The notes beneath the pieces were generated by a model. The model worked only from the letters and a program-made list of their open reading frames with translations. It was not told the origin of the DNA and made no database searches. Both the position numbers and the translations under genes were made by a program. DNA of 54,111 nucleotides. It comes from Hydrurus foetidus. Lineage: Eukaryota. How positions within the stretch are numbered: the first letter of the stretch is position 1; every line of letters begins with the position of its first letter. The stretch lies in the NCBI GenBank assembly GCA_900617105.1, contig UYFQ01000289.1, forward strand, positions 1 to 54,111, in the 5' to 3' direction. Shown here one piece after another: positions 43,873-54,111 of this stretch.

Positions 43873-45988
43873 TACACCATACTCATCGCCCCCTCCAGAG
43901 CATCCCTAATATCTCCCCAGAATCGGATGAAATCTGATTCTGTATTGAACAGGATGGATGGATCACAGCTGGCAAGAAGACGCTTGACGTATTTGCAACC
44001 CTGAAGATCTACATCTCGGCTGCCTTCCAAACCGATACTCTTCATCACCTCGTTAACTGATTTACCAGACTCCCATAGACGAGAGAGTGCGTCGCATTTG
44101 CCATTATCACTCCCTGATATATGCGTCGACTCCTTGACGACCAGCTCCTGGGTGATACAGAGCATGGTGAATACCATGGAGGCGTTCGAGACGTTGGAGC
44201 CCCTGTACCTCTCAGTACTCACCCAGGTGAGGGCAGAGACGCTGTCTCCCCGCATCGCCACGTCTACCCCCCTAACTCCCAATTTTCCTAAACCGATCAT
44301 CCCCAGCGTGGCACCGATAAATTCGCAAAGGTTCTGATACGAGGAGTCATCCTCGAATCCTAAAGTACGGAGACTCACTGCACTGCCACCCAAACAGACC
44401 TCAGCGCCGTTGATTCTTCTGTACCACAAGATGCCGACCCCATTTAGGGAGGCATCAAATTCGACAATATACTCCGGCATCCCCGTTACAAAGGATTGCA
44501 TTGGCCTGCTGTACCGCTCCTCGTCAAAGCGAACGAGTACCAACATGGTCCGCCATAACCGGATAGCCAGCTTCGCCTGGTCATTCACCGGAAATGTTGA
44601 CATTCGAGCTGTTCTGCCGGCGGCCATCCTATGGAGGGCGCCGCTAAAGGGACGCATTGCCCGGCAAATTGAACCGTACCTACTACCCCACGATGCTAGT
44701 CGCTGAGCACCACGAAGGGAGATGGGTTCCTCTACATCGACTGACATGAAACCAAATAGGGTATTAAGAAAGTTTTTCCTTGAGATGGTGACTCTCATTA
44801 GATCCAGATCAACCGTGAAGCCGATGATGTCTAGTCGCCTACCCCACTCCGTTTTATCCTCGGCCACCGCCGACGACCCAAGTAGGTCCGTACACACCTT
44901 CTTGGCACGTACGATATCCTCTGCAATGTCCTCTTCGAAGCATATACCGATGATATCATCAACGTACATCTCGACCGAGCTTTTCAGTATGTGGGACAGC
45001 TCCCATTTAATAGCTCGGGTGACCGTTTGAAACGCAGCAGGTGTGCATGCCCAGCCAAAGATGCCAGCTATCTGTAAGTACACTAAGTCACCCGTCACCT
45101 CCATGCCGAAAAGGCCTGCATCCTCAGGACGGAACGAGAGAAGGGTGTATGCCCCTCGTAGGTCCATTTTCCATAAGCGTAAGTGGCTCCACTGCACTGC
45201 TGAGTTTGACTCGAGAGCCTTCTCCCAAAAGGACATCATCATACGGACTATCTCTGCGATAGTAGGATGCTTGATTGCACCGTATAGTTCAGCGGCTATT
45301 GCAGTAGTCGCTTCAGTGTTCAAAGGGGTTCCAGTTACGTAAGTGAGGTCGCCAATCGGTCGCCCGCTAGGCTTTCCCTTCTTGGGTGTCCAATGTGCAG
45401 CTCCAAGTGCAAATTCGGTATGCAGCGGATGGCGATATCCTTCGGAAGCAGAAACGCTAATTTCTGTTCCACTATCCCCCCTAACATCTTGTTCACCGCT
45501 GAGTCCACTTTCAGGTACGTGCTCCTGAGGGGTGCTAATGGTAGGGCACCATTTGGTTCAAAACCGACTGGAATAGGTACGCGCATACCAACCGCTAAGT
45601 CGTAGAGGAGACCCCTTTCGGGGTTGTCTGACCTCAGACGGTCTACTCTTGCACTGCTTAGTCGGTCAGAGGACAATATTTTTAGCCGGCGACGCACCAT
45701 CACGACGAAGTCGAGCTGAGCTGCTTGGAAGCACTTCATGTCACTCAACAACATGGCCTTGGGAAATGTGTACCCTCTGGCCCATGCGACAGCTGCATCG
45801 ACCCCGTACTGCTCATCCGATGCTGCAATTGCCTCCATAACGGTCGTTTGAAGAAACAGTCGAGGTAGTTGATTCGTGTCGGAGAAGTAGGAGTCCGCCA
45901 TCCTGCTCATTTCATCTATGAGGCCTGGCGGAACAACCGGCTGCACTCCTTTGACCTTAGGGGTTAGGCCACTACTCTCTTTGGGGAG
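43872..45988 (-). CDS. Reverse transcriptase-RNase H of the YR retrotransposon (1-nt frameshift near 45402)
   Basis: KMDLRGAY, IFGW, YVDD, IIGF; RNase H FDASLNG, NLCEF, RGDSVSA, HISGSDNGKCDALSR. Confidence 0.93.
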
Positions 45989-47664
45989 TCATACGCGGGT
46001 CTTGCCGCTTTTGATCTTGCCCAGAGCATCCAACGAGGGCTGGCGGAATCTATGAGCAAGACCGGCTGCGGTATTAGTCTTCTTAGCCTCGGTCCAATTG
46101 GTGATGTCATCGTGGTGAAACCTGCAGGTGTCACCGTACTGACAGGTGAACGTACGTGAGGTCCTTGGATCCTGTGCCTTGACTTGTCCAGCAAAGTGCT
46201 CTCCGCACACAGCCTTCTTTGCATCCGCACTGACTGCTGCTTTCACTTTCAGCTCTGACTTGCTGCCCGGCAGTAATGTCTTAGCCGGATTTCCTAGTCG
46301 ACTCCGGTAGTCGAGCAGCTGATACCTAGCCATAGCTTCATTCAGCTTCTCTTGAGTGTCGAGTGTGCTGACGAAGGTCTTGAGCACCAGACTCAGGTAG
46401 GTCGCGCATGCTGCTGGAGTGCTGATGTCTCTGAGGGTCATATTCACAGTGGTGGTGGCCATGCGCAGTGCTCTGAAGTACTTTGACAGTGCTAGCTCAA
46501 GCGAGTGTAGGAGGAACCCAGACGGTGCAAGTTCCATTGGTCGGTGGAGACCTTCCAACTTATCGACAAAAGCATCGGTGGCCTTGTGGAATGCCGATCC
46601 GAAGAAGATCACGAATACAAGCTCCATGTTCTTTACAGCCACCACCAATGCTCTATTCTGGTGAGGACATGGTGTTAGCTCAATTGGAATCTTGACTGCT
46701 CTACCAGCAAACTTCTGTAAGTCCAGTGCATCCCCAGGGGGACCGCCAAAATCTCCTGTTAACAGTTTCTTCAACAGCGGAATGTCGACGGAGAAGTTGA
46801 GGTTGAAGACCCGATCGAGCAGACCGCAGCATTTGAACCCCGGATCGCGCTCGGTAATTCGAAGTGTCGACTGCTCGTTGATCACCCTGGCGTACTCCTC
46901 CGCTTGAAGCTCACACTCTGTCCCCATTACGTAAGGCCACCTTTCACCGTCGCATACCCGAAATATCACACCCAACTCCTTTTCCCTCTCCGCTAAATCC
47001 TTCTTAACCCGTGTTGTATGCGCTCTTCCTTCCAAATCGATAAGCACACTGACATACTTCTTCTCACCTTGGCTGTGCACCCCCCAATCGTCCTGCATGC
47101 CGAGTCGGAGACGCTTGTCCAGGTGTGCCCCTTCTAAATTATCCTCCAAACGCCTCTTCTCAGATACCGTCCATGCTGCCACTTGATGCATCGCCACCCC
47201 TTCCAGTTCCTCCACTGCCTGAAGGAAATAAGTTGGTGTAGCTACGCTGACCCGAGTCCCCACAGGGAGTGTGTCGAGCGGCCGATGTCCTTTTCCCGTC
47301 AACCCCACGAGCATCGCAAACGTAGTCGTGCTCGACGGCTTGCCTCGTAACTGCCACATTTGTACCGTGGAGTCATCGAGGAAGCTCATGGACAGCTTCT
47401 CTCCCTCTGGTAATGGTATAGCGGGGAGAAGAAAGATTGACTTCTTCCCATGTCCTGCCATGAGCGCATCGTTGCGTTAAAGCTCAAACGCAGCGACCCC
47501 TCACCACGATACTCATCATGAATGAATCCGGCAATGGCGTTCATTGACACAATTGCTGCAGCAGGAAGAATACCGTATTCTGGTAGAGACAGGCCGACTG
47601 TGTTTGCAGTTGACGGGCTTAAAACGCTCTCGTCTTCAGGGATGTCAACAGAAGAACCGCTCAT
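45989..47664 (-). CDS. Gag-like ORF1 of the YR retrotransposon with C-terminal CCCH-like finger (ATG 47664, probable 1-nt frameshift near 47478)
   Basis: 490-aa ORF 45989..47461 plus upstream ORF starting just after repeat A1; VCGEHF..CQYGDTCRFHH. Confidence 0.75.
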
Positions 47665-47670
47665 TGCAAT

Positions 47671-48059
47671 AAAAACTGTTTAACTTGAAGATTCTGCGAA
47701 AGAAGCTGCTAAAACTGCGTAATATTCAATTTAAACCTACTATGCATGTGCACTGCAGTCTTGCAACCAGTGCTGCAAGAACTGAAAGATTTGCAAGAAA
47801 TGAAGCATTGAAACGTGGACAAAACCGTATAGTGTTAGGTGTGTGTACACTGAAAACTGAAAACGTGTTCTGTGTTGTATTCTACGTCTATTGCTGCGCT
47901 ACACTTTGTCTTGTTACCGTTCTCCAAAAATTCCATAAGGAAGTCTAAGTCCAAGCAATTCGTACTTCGGACCTAAAGAGAACAACTTGCAACCGTTTTG
48001 AGCCGACTCCGATCCAGAGAACCCAATCCGCAAGTGCACAAGTTCCCGGCGTCATACAA
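47671..48059 (-). repeat. Repeat A1 of YR element
   Basis: Copy of 41609-41997. Confidence 0.95.
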
Positions 48060-48210
48060 AAACCGGAGAGTTCTTGCGAAAGCGGTTTTGATGTTTTAAA
48101 CGAATTTCAATTTCCCCTCCGGTCTCGCTCAAAAATTTGGTGATAGTTCAGTTTTAGGTTTTTCGACCCGGAGAGATTTTGACGGTTCTTGACGTCATCA
48201 GCCTGTACTG

Positions 48211-48493
48211 TAGAGCTTGTGGCCGGTCACCCAGGCCGGCCGGCCTGGCCGACCGGTCATCTTTTTGATGACCGGCCAATCTGCACCTACCATATTAGGG
48301 GTAAATTTACCGAATTATAGGGTGACTTTCCAGAATTTTAGGGGTAGCTCACAAAATTTTCGTACTTTTGGGGGGTTATTTCACGGTTTTGGGTATTTGA
48401 CTCCCTTACACGGTTTAAATCATTGGCCAGCCGGCCAACCGGCCGATGGCAGAAATTTTAGGCCGGCCAGGCCGACGCCTGATTTGGTCGTCG
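48211..48493. mobile_element. Probable left part of a small DNA transposon (hAT-like TAG start, GGCCGG subterminal repeats) interrupted by G2
   Basis: TAGAGCTTGTGGCCGG start and many GGCC/CCGG motifs in both orientations; second TIR not in window. Confidence 0.35.
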
Positions 48494-48755
48494 TGTAGCC
48501 TTATTGCATTCCTAAGGGGATACAATGTGTCTAGGTTAACTAGGTACAATAGGTATACTACGCCCAGATTCCACTTTTAGGTCTTAGTTCTATGTATGAT
48601 GTGAGTGCACTAGCGTACACATCACTTGTATATATTCAACTGTAAGATATTAACATAAGTCTTCTCTACCGACTTCCGCTTCCTCTTGCTCCACCGCTTG
48701 CCCACCGTACCAGCCACCAACAGCTCCGACGTCCTAGGCCCCACCGTCGACCACA
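48494..48755 (+). repeat. 5' LTR of G2 (262 bp)
   Basis: TGTAGCC...CGACCACA; 5' part repeated at 53956-54111; 3' end inferred from the terminal inverted motif and analogy with G1. Confidence 0.9.
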
Positions 48756-48848
48756 ATATCGATATTTGGTCTCCTACCAAAGTTTTTTCTTGAGAATTTT
48801 CTTCTCAAACTTATTTTATTCGTCTTCATTCTCCGACATCCGACATAT

Positions 48849-50343
48849 TATGGCGCTCCGACGTCAGGGAAACAAGACCACCTCCATCAACACTTTGCGA
48901 CGACAACAGCAGCCACCTCGAGCTGTTGCCGTCGCGTTCCGACAACGCTACGACGAGCATCATAATCGTGGGGGAGATATTTTCGAGTCTCCTGGGCCAC
49001 CTGCGGCTCAGGACCCCGCCGGCGACCTGTCTGCACCGATTCCTCAGCGGAATTCGGAGCCTGCGGTCATGTCTGCCATTGATGTCCCTGTCATTTCTGC
49101 GTTGAATGCTTTATCATTGCAACCAGCTTCGGCTGAGACACCAGCTTCGGCTGAGATACCAGCTTCGGCTGAGATACCAGATTCGTCTGCGACACCAGCC
49201 TCGGCTGAGATTCCACGTTCGATGGCACCACCTCAGCACTATGTGCAGACGGGTGAGAGAGCTCCTAAGTTGAGCGCCATGCCCTCTCGACAGGAAGTCT
49301 TACGAGTTACGGAGGTTCTACTTTCAAATGGAACTCCGTTTCGACCAATTGATGTCGTTCATGCTTCAAACCATCAATCGTTCACAACGCTTCTCAAGCG
49401 TAAATTCGCGACGAATCCAACTCGTCGTGATGCGTGTAACGGTTGGAAGCATTGGACGAATCAAATGTTTTGTAGAGAATTAAATATCACAATTCCTACA
49501 TCAGCTGTCAATCGTACTGACAAGCTGAGTTTCATTGAAACAGTTTCTCAGGTCCCACTTCAATTCGACCTGAAGAACAAATCAGTTGAAGATAAGACAG
49601 ATCAACTTTTAGCTGATATTGTTGATGCCTTCCCTGATGTGACACCTGCTCTCCAACTTCAGGCAACAAAAATTCTCATTGAGAAGTTGCCAGTCGAACC
49701 TGTCAATTGGAGAGCAGTGTTACAACGTTGTCTTGACGACACTACGCCTAGACTCATCACGATCGAAGATTTTCGATTCGTATGGCTGGCGCAGTTAGCA
49801 AAACTTCGTGAATCAATTGATGCTTTGCGTTTCATTGATGTCACACCTTTGTATGGCAGTAACTCTCGCCAGATCAAAGCCCAACCTCGTTCTTCACTTG
49901 ATTCGCAAATCAAAAAGCGTCAACGTGAAGACGAGCAATCTGTGCAGGCTGAAAAGTCTGATAGGCCTCCACGACCTATGTGCACAGGTTGTGGGAGACT
50001 CGGCCATGTAGTCGCCACGTGTTTCTACACTTCGTCTCCGTACTATAACAGTACAGACGCTCCCTATCTCAACTCTGAGGGTCATAAGCAGTTGTTGAAA
50101 GTTGATCCGAAGGCTCAGTTCATTCCGACTTTGCCTAAGACAACCTCTCTTCTTCGTCTTCTTCCTCCTCCTCTTCTTCGTCAAGGTCTGCTACTTCAAC
50201 AGCAGATTCGACACATCCTTCGAAGAAACACAAAGGTGAGCAACTATGCAATCTCAACTCATCATCTACTCTCTCCGATGATCCAGAGCTGATCCCTTTC
50301 TACATCTCTCCTCTTTCACAGGAGCCGTTGTTGGGAAAAGTGA
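48849..50343 (+). CDS. gag: G2 Gag with CCHC zinc knuckle
   Basis: ORF from ATG 48849; CTGCGRLGHVVATC; 3' end depends on a frameshift near 50147 and predicted intron 50236-50321. Confidence 0.85.
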
Positions 50344-53300
50344 TAGAGTATTTACTCTTCTGGACACCGGCTCTTTTGCTGGCAATTTTGTCAATCGCCG
50401 CATTATAATTTCTCATAAACTAACACAATTTATAACTAAAACTAATAATAAATTGTGTAGAGTTTGTAGTGGATTAGATAATCATTGTTATGATATCTCT
50501 GATACTATAGACTTAACTTTATCTTCTTTTTGCCATGATTTAAATAATTACTATACTTTTCCAATCACGGCTTATATTTTAGAAGATTCTAAATTTGATC
50601 TAGTAGTGGGACGTAAAACAATTCGTCAATTGAATTTGTTTTCACGATTCCCGGATCAAATATCCGCCAATGCTTCATCAGGCACTGTTCCGTTGGAAGA
50701 AGTTTTAACTTCTGAAGATGTGGACGTAACGTGTGGCTGCTTGCCTAAGGAGAATTTGCAACCCTCCGAAGGCTCCCCAAAAGTGGATCCTTTAACCCAA
50801 AAGGTGAAACCGGCAGTCACCCAAACACACGTTATTCTAGCCTCGCTGATTCAAGAGTCAGAAAGACTCTTTGGAGCAGTACCACCTGATGAAGACGAAA
50901 TCGACGACTCGATCAAGGACTCGTTTTCACCTTGGATGGATGAATTTCCTGCTTCAGATCCACTCTCGCTAATACACATAGCAGGTGATGAAGAGCAGAA
51001 AAACAAATTACGTATACTAGTACACGAATTTGAGGATATATTTAGCAGTGAACTATCACAAACTCCTGCTGATATTCCACCTTTTGACTTTAATGTCAAT
51101 GATACTAAATGGAAAGTACCTAAGAATAGGCAACCTCCATGGACAAAATCAAATGTTGATCAAGCTGACATCTTAAGTCAAATAACAAAGCTTGAAAAAC
51201 ATAAAATTGTCGAAAAATCAAACGCGGCATATTATAGCCAAGTTTTGTTAGTTCCTAAATCAGATGGAACTAAGCGTATGTGTATAGATTTTCGGAACTT
51301 AAATAACTGTACCGAAGATACATCACATCCTATTCCACACATCGGTGAGATGTTGCGTCGAATAGGTGCACATGGAGCAAAAGTATTTGCTGTACTTGAC
51401 CTTACTCAAGGATATCATCAAGCACCACTTACGCTCGCTGCACGCGCTTATACTGCATTCATACTATTCTGCGGTGTATATCAATTTACTCGTTTACCTT
51501 TTGGGCCTAAACAAGCTCCCTCCTACTTCCAACAGATCATGACGACTGTTGTGTTAGCAGGGTTGATATACTCTATATGCGAAATGTATATTGATGATTG
51601 CAATGTATTCGGTAAAGACATTGATGAACTCATTTCGAGACTTCGTCTTGTTTTTGAACGCTTTAGAAAACACAAAATATTCCTTAAACCGAATAAGTGT
51701 TATCTTGGCTACGCCGAAATAGACTATGTTGGCAAAGTTCTTTCTGCTGAAGGACTAAGAATGTCACAAGAAAAATACGGAATGTCTTAGATTTTCCTAA
51801 ACCAGTACTATCTAAACAACTTAAAAGTTTTTAGGATTGGTTAATTATTTTCACGATTTTGTTAGAAACGCTTCAACTGTTGTATATCCAATGAACCAGT
51901 TGTTGCTTAACTACAATAAATATAAGAAAATAACATGGACAATAGAAGCTCTTCGAGCATTCAATTTGATCAAATCTGAGATTTCTAAATGCACGACTAT
52001 GCACTTTCTAAGTGACACCGATCCGATTTACTTGCACACTGATGCATCGGACTATGGTGTAGGTGCCTATCTTTTCCAGTTAGTTGACGGAAAGGAGACG
52101 CCCATAGCATTTGTTAGTAAGTCACTCAACAAAGCTCAGCTTCGTTGGGCTGTCATACAGAAAGAAGCATATGCTATCTTTTATGCGTGCACGTATTTAA
52201 AATCGCTATTACGTGATCGTACGTTTACATTACGTACAGACCATCGTAACTTGTTATACATAAAGGAAAATTCAAATCCAATGATAGTCAGATGGTTTAT
52301 GGCCTTATCTGAATATTCATTTAACATTGAATATATTCCTGGACCTAACAATAACATAGCTGATTCGATGTCTCGACTCTGTCGCAATAACATGGTTGAT
52401 TTTCCTCAGGAATATACTCCTGATGCAATCATGTCTGCTAATACTATTGAAAAATTTAAACTAACACGTGAGCAGTATGACAAAATCAGTGAACTGCATA
52501 ATTCACAAGTTGGTCATTTCGGCCTCGAGCGTACTATAAAACGTCTCAGAGATAGAAATGAAAATTGGCAATATATGCGACAGCATGTCAGGTACTTCAT
52601 AGATCACTGTTCGTGTTGTCAGAAGATGAGTATGTTAAAGATACCAATACATGCTCATGGCTTCTCGACTTCTACTTACACACCTATGGAATGCCTAAAC
52701 ATAGACTTCATAGGACCGTTTCCAGACGGCGGGTACGTACTCGTAATTATCGATACGTTCACAAGATGGGTTGAACTGTTTCATACAGAAGATGCTACTG
52801 CACTTTCAACAGCTAAATGCCTCTTGCAACATTTCGGTCGTTTCGGCGCACCTCTTCAACTCCGTTCTGATAATGGGCCACACTTCATTTCCGAAGTAAT
52901 CAAAGAGTTTCTAACTCTGATTGGCACTCAACATTGTCTTACTTTAGCATACTCTAAAGAAGAAAATGCTATTGTTGAGCGCATGAATAAAGAAGTTAAT
53001 AGACATCTTCGTGCATTAACTTATGATAATGTCACATTAGAAGACTATAAAACATCACTTCCATTTGTGCAAAGAATTATAAATTCTAATCACAGTGATC
53101 GTTTGAAGATATCAGCTTCACAACTTCTTTTCGGAAATGTACTTAAACTCGACAGAGGTATCTTTTACCTCCTGCTGAGCGAAACGTTACTGATGACAAA
53201 CCTTTGTCAAAACGATTAAGCAATCTAATCAAAACACAAGATAGTCTTCTGAAAGCTTCTGCTAAAGAACTTCTTCGTACAGATTTGCTGCATCAAAGTC

Positions 53301-53755
53301 AGTCTCAAGTTTCTCAACATGTAGAGTATCCGAAGGACTCATATGTTCTTGTGCACTATCGCGATGGCTCTCCTCCTTCACGCCTTCATACGCATTGGAG
53401 AGGTCCATTAAAAGTCGTTAGTGGCGAAAATTCGCGTTACACACTATATGATTTAGTCACTCAGAAAACTTCAGAGTTTCATGTATCTGCAATGAAACCG
53501 TTTCTATTTGACCCTTCAATCACAAATCCGTTGGATGTTGCACGACGTGATCACATGGAATACTTTGTTGAAGACATTCTTGATCATCGTGGCAAACACC
53601 AACGTACCCACATAGAGTTTTTAGTCAAATGGTTGAACTACCCTTCTGACAAAAACACTTGGGAACCTTACTCAAGTCTTCGTGATGTTGATAAACTTCA
53701 TGATTATTTACGTCATAATAACATGACTAAATTAATCAATAAACAACATCGATGA
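50322..53755 (+). CDS. pol: G2 Pol: protease, RT, RNase H, integrase, chromodomain (several 1-nt frameshifts)
   Basis: LLDTGS at 50357-50374; RLPFG..YIDD; LHTDASDYGVG; HHCC; NIDFIGP, RSDNG, AIVER; FLVKWLNYPSDKNTWEP. Confidence 0.95.
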
Positions 53756-53955
53756 CTTAATATATTTGAAACTTTATCCATGAGGATTCTCTCCTATTTT
53801 TTTTTACCTATGGGTCTTTTTTTGGAGAGTTTAGTCAGTAAAAGTCTGACATAATCGTTTCACTTATATCTCATTTATATATATGTTTTACATATCTTCT
53901 TTTTTTCTTTTTTTTATATATCATCAAAGATCTTCAAAAAAGGAAGAAGGGGTAG

Positions 53956-54111
53956 TGTAGCCTTATTGCATTCCTAAGGGGATACAATGTGTCTAGGTTA
54001 ACTAGGTACAATAGGTATACTACGCCCAGATTCCACTTTTAGGTCTTAGTTCTATGTATGATGTGAGTGCACTAGCGTACACATCACTTGTATATATTCA
54101 ACTGTAAGATA
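53956..54111 (+). repeat. 3' LTR of G2 (partial)
   Basis: Identical to 48494-48649; preceded by AAAAAAGGAAGAAGGGGTAG. Confidence 0.97.

Larger units (their letters stand above)
41099..48059 (-). mobile_element. Complete tyrosine-recombinase retrotransposon, Ngaro-like, split direct repeats A1-gag-RT/RH-YR-B1-A2-(spacer)-B2
   Basis: A repeats 47671-48059 and 41609-41997; B repeats 41997-42423 and 41099-41526; RT, DIRS-type RNase H and YR present; no methyltransferase, protease or DDE integrase; no TSD. Confidence 0.93.
40657..48205. mobile_element. Non-autonomous DNA transposon (MITE, ~590 bp) with TA target duplication, split by the YR retrotransposon
   Basis: TA|CGGGCTGATGACGTC at 40655-40671 and GACGTCATCAGCCTG|TA at 48191-48207 (14/15 inverted match). 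Confidence 0.75.
48494..54111 (+). mobile_element. Ty3/Gypsy chromovirus-type LTR retrotransposon (element G2), 3' LTR truncated by window edge
   Basis: 5' LTR 48494-48755; 3' LTR from 53956 identical over the 156 bp visible; PPT 53936-53955; gag-PR-RT-RH-INT-chromodomain. Confidence 0.97.

Noticed and set aside
41623..47948. Duplicated 87-aa ORF (41623..41886 and 47685..47948) as a gene pair
   Set aside because: Lies wholly within repeat A of the YR element, antisense, TTG start, no domain

Overview
Eukaryotic nuclear DNA with GT-AG spliceosomal introns; a protist, possibly a stramenopile (inference only). A core of host genes (16.5-39.5 kb) comprises a large RasGAP-like/PH protein, RPL18, MAF1, ornithine carbamoyltransferase, SMC3, an orphan coiled-coil protein and a SAC3/GANP-domain protein. 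Transposon clusters flank it on both sides. On the left are a Ty1/Copia pol, an antisense Copia-gag-like orphan ORF between two satellites, and a complete chromodomain Ty3/Gypsy element (LTRs 9577-9785 and 16134-16340, 4-bp TSD ATGG). On the right are a complete Ngaro-type tyrosine-recombinase (YR) retrotransposon with split direct repeats, nested in a TA-flanked MITE, and a second chromodomain Gypsy with identical LTRs. The most interesting signals concern how these retroelements may replicate and be expressed. (1) Both Gypsy elements lack a tRNA PBS and instead carry a covarying 12-bp palindrome fused to the LTR end, a candidate tRNA-independent priming system. (2) Both carry a small 3n+2 GT-AG intron at the gag-pol junction whose removal would terminate Gag. 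(3) Both share a 26-nt 3'UTR stem-loop. (4) The YR element has gag-UGA(C)-pol in frame and a microsatellite-filled intron whose splicing would fuse RT-RNase H to the recombinase. Most frameshifts in TE ORFs look like single-base homopolymer deletions, probably assembly error.
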